The notes: a model not told the origin generated them from the sequence alone. Numbered from the stretch's first letter, positions 25,958-38,678 are shown. The stretch: 64,000 nt of DNA from Antedon mediterranea (GCF_964355755.1 NC_092680.1:1612001-1676000), one strand, 5' to 3'. Numbers and translations are program-made.

Positions 25958-27249
25958 CTATGCTGAAGTTGCTTGAACTTGCTCTCTGAGGGCCTGAGCT
26001 CTCTTTCGTCGTACAAGGAACACAAGCAGAACAGCAACACCGATTACCATTAAAATAGCTACAAAACTAATGGCGAATTGTCCACCGCCGCTCATTGACT
26101 GCTGTGCATTAGCTCCGTTTCCATTTCCATTAGGATTCATTGTGGTAGAGTCTTCGAATGAGTTATCATCGTCGGCGCTACTTGGCTGATACGTAGGATT
26201 TGGCAATGAAGTTGAACCGTAACCGTAGTCTGGTTGTCCAGCTCCTCCTACACCACCTTGGTTGTTGTTGAATCCACCACCGAATCCATTTCCAGTACCG
26301 GTTCCGACGCCACCAGCACCACCACCGGCACCATTAAACGGTGGTGTTGTAGTCATTATTGGAACAATTTGTCCATTTATGTATGCGCATAAGCATGCTG
26401 AAAATGGAAAGAAAGAACACATTAGTTATAATCATTATATTGCACGTTCAGCTATAAAATATGTTATAAAATATGTTTTAAAATTGGTGAATCGCCGCCG
26501 CGCGGTAGGATAGCATTGCTCGACCGAACCCCATCTTTAACTGAACTGAACTCCTCGGCCAACATAGGAGTGCCGAAGTTTCTCCTGGCATAGCATTCGT
26601 TTCAAGTGGGAAACGGCGGATTATTATTATTGAATAAAATGTTTATGTTTAAATGACCAATATTTTGTATTCGTTAAAATTGGAGAATTTGTTTGAAAGA
26701 TTCAACTCATTCGTTCAATATCGTTGACAGTTAATCTAATTAAAATATGCTCCCCAATTAACTAATTAACATTGATTACCTGTACATTGACATTTCTTTC
26801 AATAATTATTTAGGCCAACGTTGTTGTTGTAAACCACCTACATATTATGCGAACGGTAACTTATACGCCTACTAAGTACAATACAAAATGTTCATTATAC
26901 TGTTTGCTTTCAAATGGCGTTGCTTTAACTATTAATCATAAAAAAACGTTAAGCATTATAATAATCGATGTTAGTTTAAGGTCGATCAGTCTTTCTAGCA
27001 ATACACTAATATAATAATCACAAATATAAGCAATTTAGCAAGTTTTTTAGAAAGATTCACCTCTCAATTACACGTTTATTAATTTGCGTACAATTTAAAT
27101 AAGCATGCCGGTTCCTCCGGTGGTTATTATCTTGCTAAACTTTGTCAGGTTGTTTGTGGCGTTTTAGTCGTGGGTTTTTTCTTGGAAATACGGTAGAAAA
27201 AAAAATGGTACTTACCAAGAGTAATCGTGATGATCAATGTGTACTTCAT
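25958..27249 (-). CDS. Two-exon Gly/Asn/Asp-rich single-pass membrane protein, P16-like (gene D, ~157 aa)
   Basis: Exon 1 27249-27216 (MKYTLIITITL+G, donor GTAAGT) and exon 2 26397-25958 (acceptor TCTTTCCATTTTCAG). The join gives MKYTLIITITLACLCAYING|QIVP. Gly-rich region, acidic SSADDDNSFEDS, TM FAISFVAILMVIGVAVLLVFLV, then RRKR. Confidence 0.85.
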
Positions 27250-29751
27250 GGTTGGCTGCTAGGTTCTGTCGGTAACGTTTCGGCTTCAATCAGTGAATCT
27301 TTCAAGTCGAATGTCTTTGAAACTGAAGAAAGTTGCTGGTTAAATAGTGATTTTCATTTCCGCAGTGGATGATGACATCATCCTGGAGCATTGGATGACT
27401 CAAATAGCCTGAACTGGGGAAGTGTTTCCTACAAGCAAGATGTTGAACATGACAAAGTATTTCTCATTAGTTTTGGTCCAAATAAGGCTTCAAAGTTCGT
27501 GAAATTTTGTCCAAGATTACAGATATTTAATCTAGTGTATTTAGCGTGCTTCCTTAAAAAAATATCAATATGTAAATTTATCATCGTGTGAAAATCTTTT
27601 TGAAAGATTTTTAGTTAATTTACTGATTACATAGTATAGGCCTATAAACAGAAATAATCTTCTTTAATTGTGTGTTTATTCCCGTTAACTTATAAATGAC
27701 ATTGATTCTTGTTTCAGTTGTATGTAAACAATCTCTATATGCCACTCATTTTTTTAAAATGAAATATTTGAAAATGTGACCTACTTTGTTTCACATTATG
27801 ACTTAATAAATGAATAAGTGATATCACGTTGTAATAGTTAGCATCTAAAGACCCGGCCTAATAATCTTTACTTCCTTCAACTGACCGTTTAGTTGGTACC
27901 ATTAAGCCGCGTGAAGTCAAAAAGTCACCATAAATTAAAACACTTTTCATATCAGTTTTTTAACTAGAAATTAATTTAATTTATTGTTTGTGGTTAATTA
28001 TATTAAGGATGTGTAGGCCTACTCTTGATGTTTACGCGAGACGATGTCATGCCTTTATCATGAAACTACTAAATGTCATTCTTGGCTAGTAGGCCTTCAT
28101 TTGAAAATGTCTTTATGGAGTCCAAAATAAGCTGAGTATAACGTATATATCACCATTAAAAAACTCCAAACTTTACACACACCGGGGCATTAACGCCGGC
28201 GTTTTATATGATGTGCGTAAACTCCAAAGTTTACACACACCACCGGGGCATTAACGCCGGCGTTCTTTATATGGTGTGCGTCCCAGTGCTTGGTGATATT
28301 ATAATCTCTCCGTAGTTTTGCAAGGCAATGTGGAGGGGGTATTTAATTCTGGCAAAAATTAAACACCAGATATGAGGGCTGTTAATGGTCAGTATCTAAT
28401 GAGTTAATGGGCGAAAGTTCGGCGCCTAAATAGATAATTTCCTCCTAATTAAACGTGTTTATTTGAGGCCATTGTATTTTATAGTTTGCCTAAATTGACT
28501 ATCTAAAATTGTGTTGAACAGTATTGAAAAAATAATTGTTTTTGTATTATGCTTGTGAATATTCTTAAATTTTTTTTATGTAATATGAAAGAAAGAGAAA
28601 GTTGCACATTAATGAATCATCGACCTTTTAGCCTAAACTTTCAATTCATTAACCCGTATTCCCAATGTTAAAAAAAACACTTTTTTTCCTACTCAATAGG
28701 TTTTGTCTTCAAATGTTTACTTTATTAGGCCTATTACTGGATAAAATAATGCCAGTTAATATTTAGGAGCACTCTAAATTTATAGGAAATATCAGGGAAT
28801 TTCACTATTTCCTTTCGAAATACAAATGATAAAAAAGTGCATTCTTTTTTGTGTTTTCATTGTTGTAATATGCATGACGGGATTTACTATTTTTGGATAG
28901 TTTTTAAATACATGTATGTGTTCCGTCATCAAAACGTATGTCTGTCAAAAGTACATTTAAAGTCATAGTAGTCTGTTTACACCTAGAATATCACTATAGT
29001 GATATTTTGAATATTACTGTAGTGATATTTTGGGTGTAAACAGAATGCCAGGAAATGATGATCACCACCACCTAGTCAGCCTTATAAGTTAAATTAAAAC
29101 AGCCGTTGCTAGTCATACTGTCCTATGAAGAAAGGTCAGGTTGTCTTATGGGTTCTACTTTAAAATGGAAAAGAAGTAGTAGGCCTATCGCTTATCATAC
29201 ACTTAAATATGTTGTGACTGTATAGTTAGCATTGGTGTATAGCAACTTTATGTCTTCAATCGAGTCTACATTTGCAAGTTTTGTTTGCAAACTCGAGTAA
29301 ACTCAAGTTTGCTATTTGTGTAGACTTCTGAAAATTTGTTTTCTGCAGTTTGCTGACGTTTGTCAACACATGCAAACTTTAGAAAAACTCGTTTGCAAGC
29401 AGAGGTTAGATTAGCTTACAATGGTATGTTGGAAGCAAGTAGGTACTTGTGACTGAAAAGGATGGATAAAGGATGATAGGGAAGATCTGGTCATCATGCT
29501 TATGTGTATCGCATTCTCTAGTCATATTTTAATTATACTTTTTATTGATGGCTACAGTCATATTTAGCATTCATACGTACCAGTTTTTGAATACCAAGTT
29601 TGTGAGATCCAAGTAATAATATTGTAATAAAACCAATAGTATTAAAGTAAATTGTATTAAACGCAATATAGCCTAGTATTAAAATAAAATCTTAATTCTT
29701 CTTGATCATGTTTCGAATTCAAATTAGTATTGTTGTCAATCTTTCTTTATT

Positions 29752-29899
29752 AAGCTCTGTCTACACTATCAAACTTTATGTGACAAAAAAATGTGAAGTG
29801 CCTATGGACATGATGATGTTATATCACTACCCTATTTGTGTATATAACTATTCATCACATTTTTTTGTCACATAAAGTTTGATAGTGTAGACAGAGCTT
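29752..29899. mobile_element. MITE family A, full-length copy
   Basis: AAGCTCTGTCTACACTATCAAACTTTATGTGACAAAAAAATGTGA ... TCACATTTTTTTGTCACATAAAGTTTGATAGTGTAGACAGAGCTT, about 45 bp of near-perfect TIR. Confidence 0.9.
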
Positions 29900-30318
29900 T
29901 AGGTCACACAATCCTTATTTATGGCGTTATCTCCGTTATAAAATATTAACCAGATTTTCTGTAATAATCTTCCTTTTTTAAATTCAGTCAGAATATTTTC
30001 ATATACTGTATAATGTAAGCAAATTATTATGTCTCTATACAATTCATTTTCATTAACAAATAATTCAAATAACAAACACAAACGGTTGATTGATAAAACA
30101 CATCTTTTATTTTAAAGACTTCGCTGAGTAAAATATAGAAAGCAATTACGATATATTTGCCTAAGAATCTATAAGCATCATTAGAACGTTAAGAAGTTTT
30201 TAGCAAATAAAATTTTTAGTACAACGGCGAATCATTTCAGACTTTAATTACATAGACATCGTTGATTATAATACTAGGCTGCAACGACTACATACTGCGT
30301 TGCACATAATTTCGATCG

Positions 30319-33300
30319 TTAGGCTCTGGTGTTGATCGAAATTGCCATCACACTGGCGCTGGAAGGGCTATCTGTGGATACAAGTAAATCAGTAAATGAG
30401 TACCGTGGTGTGAAATATGTCTACTTTTTATGTATTTACGATATTGACAGTTTGGACATCAATAGAAGGAAAACGAAGCAGGAGATTGACGACAGTAGAA
30501 ATATTGAAGAGAAATCGAACACAATTGGGAATACTCTATAGGGCCTACTGCTATCAGATAGATCGATACTTCTGGAAACGACATACTATGGTATTCTTCT
30601 AGCAGTTGATAACGACTGGATACATATTTTACAAAGGTTAATGACATGCAAGATATCCTATTTACGTACCTGATTCCCAAACATTGGCACCACCCCTGCT
30701 GGAATACACAAACTGAGGTGCTTCACCAAATATTCTGTCCCAGACACAGGCATTATGTGAAGTGACAGCTACCCAGCCTTTATCGACATTACATCCGCCA
30801 TGATTCTTACTGATGTACCACATGCGACAGATAGGGCATGGCCTGTTTTAAAACGAATGTAAATCATTACATTAGGTCTATACATTCTGTTACAAAAATG
30901 TAAGAATACATAGGCAACGGAAACACGCCTACTGGTTAATTGTTTGTTTATGTATTTATACATGTACATGTTAATCATGTGTTCTAATGATGATGAAACC
31001 ATTAAAAGATATAAGGGAATTTATAGCTACCTGAGCTTATCTTGTTTGACTATTATTTGATACTACTAGAAATCTGTGAATATAATTTGGTTATAACCTC
31101 AAATAGAGGCCTACATTTAGATATTTTAATAATATGAACGTAATATAGGCCTAATATATAATGACTGTAATCTAGTAGTATACTACAAATAGTTGAAACA
31201 TTGAATTTAAAGTAAAAAAGAAAAATTTACCCTATAACTGGGCCGATCTCAAAGTGATTGAATGTAGATGTCAGCATATCTGGATACGGTGTTTGTAAAA
31301 GACGGTCCTTGTCAAACCAGTTCATTTTGTTACTTCCAATGCCGTTAAATATCAACGTCATCACCTCTTCACCATCGTTGTAAAAAGTAAACTTGACCTA
31401 CAATTTTTAGCGCTTAATTAGTTTTTGTAAACAGTAATTAACAGTACATGCATGCCTTATGATTACATGTCATATGCCCCGCCCTAAAATAACAATTACA
31501 ATGGCAAAATAAAGGACATGTACTGATCAGTTTAGCAATGTTTAGGCCCTCGCTCTCCTCCTCCACCCACTAAATCGAAATTCTTACACTGTGTACCCTC
31601 TCGTTAGACTCTTTTCCAAAATCCGGGATCTGCTCCTGCAACACATTTCCGTAATATTTTATTATCCCCGGCCACCGGTATGAGGGGGATTTCGAATGGC
31701 GATGCGGGTAGTTGAGATGAGGACTTGCCCTCAAGGCAACGCCAACAGTCGTCCAAATCTCGGTGCCTGTGCAACAGTAGTCAGTGGCCGTTTTCTTGCA
31801 AGAAATGTACCCGCATGCGCACTGTTAAGATGGTTTCCCACTAGGACGCAACGCAATTAGGTAAGCGCAACGGCAGCGTGTTGACCAATGACAAGCGACA
31901 GTTCGAATAATCCATCGCTTGTGATTGGTCAACTACTTACGTTGCGTTACATCCTTGTGTGGGGATTAATCTAATCATGTGATAATTAAATACTGCCCCC
32001 TATAGGTGTTGCTGCCCCCTATAATTGTAACAGTCTTTTTCAAATGATTTGCTTTCTTTTGTATTCATGAACCGGTCAAGGAAGCAGATAGTTTTGTCTC
32101 TTACTTAATTAAAGATCTGATTAAAAGGTAATTGCTCTACTTTTTACATATATTACTTTGTTATACATTTATAAGATTCTGTTATGTTTAAGAAACATTA
32201 ATGTTGTATTTTAAGATGATTGCATTCATAGGCCTAGACATTTGTTTTGGGTTAACCTTGACTCATGGAATGTGCAGTTAGGAAGCCTATTGAATAGTAT
32301 TGTGTTACAATCTTTGAACTAGGATTTTATGCCATATAATGTTATAATATATACTTTTGTGATAAACCTTCTTTGTATTAACAAAATATGTTTAGATAGA
32401 TTTAGTAATGTTTAGTTTATAGAAGATAGTTTCTAGTTAACAGTTTGTATAAAATAGTTCATCCTACAGTTCACACTTGATTAATTTGTACACACGAGGC
32501 TACCATGCTCGTGATAGATCGTCATGTAGTGCGCCCTCTATTTATCATACAAAATGGCTGCGCCCATGGATTTGTTATTGTTTATATATTTTACACAAAC
32601 CTAAGATTATAACTCCTTGATTCAATGAATAGACTAAGTTTAGTATTCAAATAGTGTGAGTAAATTCCAACATGCATTTGTTCTAGTAATATAATAGTAA
32701 TATTCAGGCACTTATGATGCAATTGTGTAGGTAATTAATTAGGTATTTGTATACTCTAACAAAGTATACAGAGGCTGTTTAGGTAGACGTGCCGTTTGAC
32801 GTAATAGTCGCAGTCCTCAGAGAGAATCCTTTTTATTAGAGTCGCCTGTTAAGTTGAGGTCGTTACTAAGAATTGGCTTGTATTTTAGAATATTATTTAC
32901 TTTTGTTTCTCATTGTATTTATTTTGTGGTTTTCAGGACCATACTGATCTCTATTGTTATGCTAAAAACAAATTAAAACCAAATACACCACCGGACCGTG
33001 GTAAAAGTGAGAAAAGGCGTGTTTTTCCTTTTGTGTTGTCGTCCACATCCTTACAATTTGGTGTCAGAAGTGGGATCGTGGATCGTATTTGGCTTTAACA
33101 TTAGAGATCAGTGATGGCAAGCAAGGCATCGTTGCGAGATGTGCAGAGGACGGTTGATGAGCTAAGAGCCGAACTAGAAGCAACTAGGCGTGCTGCCCAT
33201 GGTAATGGAAACACAGTATATGTTCTCCCAGAGAAGAAGATGAGACACTTTGTGGGAGCCGAAGGGGAATGTGTAGAGTCCTTTGTTGAAGACGATGGTA

Positions 33301-35445
33301 CTGGGGACGTTTACCCTGACTGGCCTGATGATGCTGGCATTGACTCTGAAAATACTGAAAAGATTCTTCTTGTTGTGAATAATATTAAGTTTGAGGACAA
33401 ACTCAGCTTAAACAGGGGAGTGTGGGGATTAATCTAATCATGTGATAATTAAATACTGCCCCCTATAGGTGTTGCTGCCCCCTATAATTGTAACAGTCTT
33501 TTTCAAATGATTTGCTTTCTTTTGTATTCATGAACCGGTCAAGGAAGCAGATAGTTTTGTCTCTTACTTAATTAAAGATCTGATTAAAAGGTAATTGCTC
33601 TACTTTTTACATATATTACTTTGTTATACATTTATAAGATTCTGTTATGTTTAAGAAACATTAATGTTGTATTTTAAGATGATTGCATTCATAGGCCTAG
33701 ACATTTGTTTTGGGTTAACCTTGACTCATGGAATGTGCAGTTAGGAAGCCTATTGAATAGTATTGTGTTACAATCTTTGAACTAGGATTTTATGCCATAT
33801 AATGTTATAATATATACTTTTGTGATAAACCTTCTTTGTATTAACAAAATATGTTTAGATAGATTTAGTAATGTTTAGTTTATAGAAGATAGTTTCTAGT
33901 TAACAGTTTGTATAAAATAGTTCATCCTACAGTTCACACTTGATTAATTTGTACACACGAGGCTACCATGCTCGTGATAGATCGTCATGTAGTGCGCCCT
34001 CTATTTATCATACAAAATGGCTGCGCCCATGGATTTGTTATTGTTTATATATTTTACACAAACCTAAGATTATAACTCCTTGATTCAATGAATAGACTAA
34101 GTTTAGTATTCAAATAGTGTGAGTAAATTCCAACATGCATTTGTTCTAGTAATATAATAGTAATATTCAGGCACTTATGATGCAATTGTGTAGGTAATTA
34201 ATTAGGTATTTGTATACTCTAACAAAGTATACAGAGGCTGTTTAGGTAGACGTGCCGTTTGACGTAATAGTCGCAGTCCTCAGAGAGAATCCTTTTTATT
34301 AGAGTCGCCTGTTAAGTTGAGGTCGTTACTAAGAATTGGCTTGTATTTTAGAATATTATTTACTTTTGTTTCTCATTGTATTTATTTTGTGGTTTTCAGG
34401 ACCATACTGATCTCTATTGTTATGCTAAAAACAAATTAAAACCAAATACACCACCGGACCGTGGTAAAAGTGAGAAAAGGCGTGTTTTTCCTTTTGTGTT
34501 GTCGTCCACATCCTTACACTTGTGTTGTTGCGTGTCACCTGTTTCGAAAGCTCGCTATATTCAGATTGCCATTTTTTCTGAGTAAGCAAAGATAAGTGAT
34601 CAGTTACCTTTTTAATGTCAAGGATACCCCATTGCTCCACGAGTGAGCTTTTATAAGTTTCTTCAAAACTACCATCCACTTTCTTGGCCTCTGGAATACC
34701 GTCATTTAATGATGTTATCCCTTCCCACAATTCAAGTAGGTTCTGACCACCGTTTCCTGCATTAGCTCTGAATACAACTTCCCAATCTTATATGAAATAT
34801 AACAAACCATTAATTGAATCGATAATATCAAGCTTAATGTCATTAAAATCAAACCATTTTCAGATCATATCAGAGATTAGTCTCATATGTCTATTAATGT
34901 TTCACGTATGTAGTATCAGTATTGGTTCAATATAAGTGCATCCCGAAGAGAATTAGGCGGTATTTATTCTTATTTATTTCAACAATATTTTACAAGAGTG
35001 GTCCATTCAGCCTAAGCTGATCATTAGGGACCCTCACAAAAATGCATCATGACGAGCCACAAACATGAAACAATAAAAATTTAATTAAAATAAATATAAT
35101 TTTTAATTTTTAATTTGTTATTCACTGTTTGACTGTAATAATAATATTATAACAATACATTTTACCTAGCTACATAATGCTATGCTAACCTGTAAAGGTG
35201 AGTCCATAACTGTTGCTATTGTTCAGCTTGCTTTCAATATTGGATAGTTGACTGGACATAGCATCGAGTTTAGAGGAGATCTCGGAGCACTCGCCTCCGT
35301 TAGTATTTGAACCGCCACCACTGGCACCATTAATACCACCACCACCACTACAACTACCGTATACGTTGACAACGGGGCTACTACAATCATCTGAAGATGC
35401 AAGAGATAAGCAATAACAGAGAAGCACTGCAAATGTCAATTTCAT
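30319..35445 (-). CDS. Secreted protein (~275 aa): signal peptide, Gly linker, short coiled coil, Trp/Cys-containing globular domain of unknown function
   Basis: Five exons joined in one open frame with GT-AG sites: 35445-35190 (MKLTFAVLLCYCLSLASS...), 34786-34608 (DWEVVFRANAGNGGQNLLELW...YKSSLVEQW), 31397-31231 (VKFTFYNDGEEVMTLIFNGIGSNKMNWFDKDRLL), 30842-30670 (WYISKNHGGCNVDKGWVAV...CVWD), 30371-30319 (SASVMAISINTRA*). Total 828 nt. Confidence 0.85.
31958..34518 (+). mobile_element. Internally deleted, non-autonomous Ty3/gypsy-type LTR retrotransposon
   Basis: 5' LTR 31958-33055 and 3' LTR 33421-34518, both 1098 bp, TG...CA ends, no differences seen by eye. 4-bp TSD CTTG (31954-57, 34519-22). 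PBS TGGTGTCAGAAGTGGGAT at 33059-33076, complementary to the tRNA-Leu 3' end. Purine tract AAACAGGGGAG precedes the 3' LTR. Internal region only 365 bp. Confidence 0.93.
33114..33437 (+). pseudogene. Truncated gag-like ORF (~107 aa) of the LTR element
   Basis: ATG just downstream of the PBS; predicted coiled coil followed by VYVLPEKKMRHFVG...VESFVED, resembling gypsy/PNMA-type Gag N-termini. Runs directly into the element 3' end (FEDKLSLNRG); no protease, RT, RNase H or integrase. Confidence 0.6.
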
Positions 35446-38314
35446 GATGGGTGTCGTTTATTGTTGATCAGTCTCAGATAGAAATAGATACGTCAGATTG
35501 CAATCTGGAACCAGCGGAAAAAACAGCACCTTCTCTTGGTGCAGTCAATTTAAATAGACCTCATCTTGAATACCAGATCTGGTTGAATGATTTCATCAAA
35601 TCATAGAGCAGGATTTATTTGGGCAGTACCACTACATAAGATCCAATAAAACAACAATAATATTAAAAAATAACAGACACCGTTCTTTTGTTAGAAATTT
35701 GCTTTAAAAGAAAACAAAAAGGCCAAGGTCTGTTATAAACCGTTCATTGTTTTTTATATTCCAACGTTTCAGTCAGGGGGAGAAATAGCAAAATTTTTCC
35801 TACTTTTGCCATTTTTCCTCTATATAACTGGTTTCACTTTTATCCTTTATTCAAACACATTGGTATTTGATTCTATTATAGTTCGTCCGCACGTCCGCAT
35901 TCCTCAGAATTTATTGACTCGATTTTTATAACAGAGAACTATAATAAAAGTGGGACGAACCCACGCAAGACAACAAAAAAATTGCAATAAATTAGGCCTA
36001 CCATACGTTACAAGCTTATTTGATGAAATATAATCGTTGTGGCTAGAAGCCAAAGGTACAACATTAAACAACTACAAATAAATGCAAGGTACTAATTTTG
36101 AATAAGCGCCAGGATTTGATTAGGCCGCAAGTTTAATTAAATGTTATAGTTATATTTGACATTTTAAAGAGACCCTCTGGATATCAGCTGGAAGGGTCAT
36201 CCTCTCTAAATAAATTTGAAATAAATTAAATAAAAAATAACAAACAAAGTTAGAGAAATACAAATACAAACAAAACAAAACAAACAAAATGCCAAATTGT
36301 ACTTTGCCATTTTACATTATTCAATTGATTGTAAAAACGTCAAATTCATAATAACATCATAAATGCGTGCCAAATGTTCAAGTCTATAATTCAACAAACG
36401 TTAACTTGACCTAAGAATTAACCACCATTGTGACCAACAAACTAAGTTCAAATTACGATACAATAGGCCTCATTTTTATTCACAACTTTTAGCAGTACAA
36501 ATGTATTTTATCTTCACAATGAACAATTAAAAAGAGGAAACATAGGCGGTTTATAGGAAATCTATGTATCCGTTGGCAACATGGCCATCCTGCCCACAAA
36601 TTCGACCAAAATAACTCGCGTTGATAGCTGGGTTCGATCGTGTCCTCCCCTGAGTCATAGGAATATCTTACTAACATTGCAATTAAGGATGGTGACATTT
36701 CTCAGGATACTAATCAGATCATATTCGCGGAATTTTCATTTTGTATTGTAGAGGTATTGTAAAGAACGATACGGTGGCGTATAGAGATCAATCAACTCAA
36801 CGCAGACAAAAGTCCAAAAGTATGTACAATTTATTTACAAGACTTCTGTGCTGCTGACTAAAATATAAATGAATACTAACATTAGTATTAGGTTTATGGT
36901 TTACTAACAATCAACATTCAATTCAACTAATTTATCGGGACAGATATCTATCATCTACAACGTTATATATCTTATCTAAGGTAATATGATGTGGCTATAA
37001 AATAATGGTTAAAACACAAGGAAATAATAACATTCATCAATAAAGGTAAACCAGTCAACGCTATTGTATGCAATGTGTCAAATGTTGTTGAATACGAAAT
37101 ATATTAATAGTACATTAACTGACGTCTCAAGTACTTTATCCCAGTTGCAAACAGCTGCAATACAAACAAATCAAGCCATTTATATTTTGCTAATGGCAAC
37201 GGACTTAAATTGGCCCGCTTTGAATCAAATGAGGTCCAATACGGGACTTACAAAAGATGTATACAATATCCATGTACAAAACTATAAATAACTAAATATA
37301 CAATAATATATATTACTACGGTAATGTCAGTTATGCTAAAGAAACATCACAATTAATAATACAAAAACTTAAAATATTGAAAACAAATATATATGTAAAC
37401 ATGTTCAGTAGCTTGTAAATATAGACAAGAAATATTTCTTACAAAAAACGCTGCTCGACATTTTAAAATTAATCATTGTTCTTTCTTCAGATATATTTAT
37501 GATTAATTATTAAAAAGATGTCCTTTAATCGCAAAAATACATACAAATCAAAGATAGTTCTTTAATTATAATTCACATGCCCATTTAAAAATGGTCAATT
37601 TTGAACTTTATAATGTGCTATGTGTGTGTGACCTCAACCTGTTGCCATGCAACTGAATACCCTCTAGTCGAGACTAGTGACTCGTGACTTCACAAAAATT
37701 CTTCCCAGTCTGTTGATTCGCGTCAACCAATCAAAGGGCGAGAATCCAAAATCGTTCAACCGTGAGCTCTCATAGACTCTCTTTTCCCAGACGTTTTTTG
37801 GGTCCAGCAGCTGGGATCTATAAAATTATAGTCGAGTTTACAAAGTCGCAAAACTGTCGGCCTTATACTATAACTGCTGCTTGCTTTAGCTTATGAATGA
37901 GTAGTTCTCATGGGACGTAGCTGGCTAGAGCAGCAGCGTAAAAAAAAAGAAAATTTATTTTAAAAAAGGAGGTAATTCGGAATGCAAAGTGAATTTACAA
38001 GATTTAAAATGTTACTGATGAAGCTTATAAAATTATATAACATTAGAAATTAACAAAATGTGATAAATAGTATGATTTTTTGGTAATGACTTGAAAGATA
38101 ATATTTATGTGAATAAAAATGGTGTTTACGCCACAAAAAAGAAAAAAGCTTGTAAACATTGAGAATTAGAGCTAAAATCTTATTTGACCATCTTGTATTA
38201 GAAAATGCAAGAATAGCGTGTCATAAAAATGATACTTGGTGGCGCTCACACAAAAACAAAACAAATTGTTATATTGGACTATCTAGGCTGCTAGGCTAGG
38301 CCTATAACGTGAAA

Positions 38315-38638
38315 ATGGAAGAAAATTCATTATGTTTGGTCAAAAATGACACGGATAATGGATCAAAAGTAGAAGCTTCGAGAAACAGTGATATGGAAGA
38401 TGGCGAATTACCCGATTCAGATGATGACCTTAATTGCAAGGTTCGTGTTAGGCCTAGCCTAGCCTATCTACCTAGAGGCTAGCTAGGCCTAGCTGGGGCT
38501 TCCGCATAGTGTAGTAATATCCTCAACAAGAGGCAAGCACCGCCGCCTCCCTGCACTGTCTGTGTGTAGCTCGCGCGCCGATCGCCCCAGGCCTTGTATA
38601 TATACAGCTGCTTTCTTGTCCTCTTTTCTTGAAAAATC

Positions 38639-38678
<40 letters not shown>

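Noticed and set aside
4000-28500. Possible paired-class homeodomain (Alx1-type TAATNNNATTA) sites around the cluster genes
   Set aside because: TAAT/ATTA words are ubiquitous at this AT content, so significance cannot be judged by eye.
32913-33098. Duplicated 61/69-aa ORFs (also 34376-34585)
   Set aside because: Chance ORFs in the two LTR copies, with non-ATG starts.
36489-36698. 69-aa minus-strand ORF between the secreted gene and PHAX
   Set aside because: No recognizable motif or splice support.
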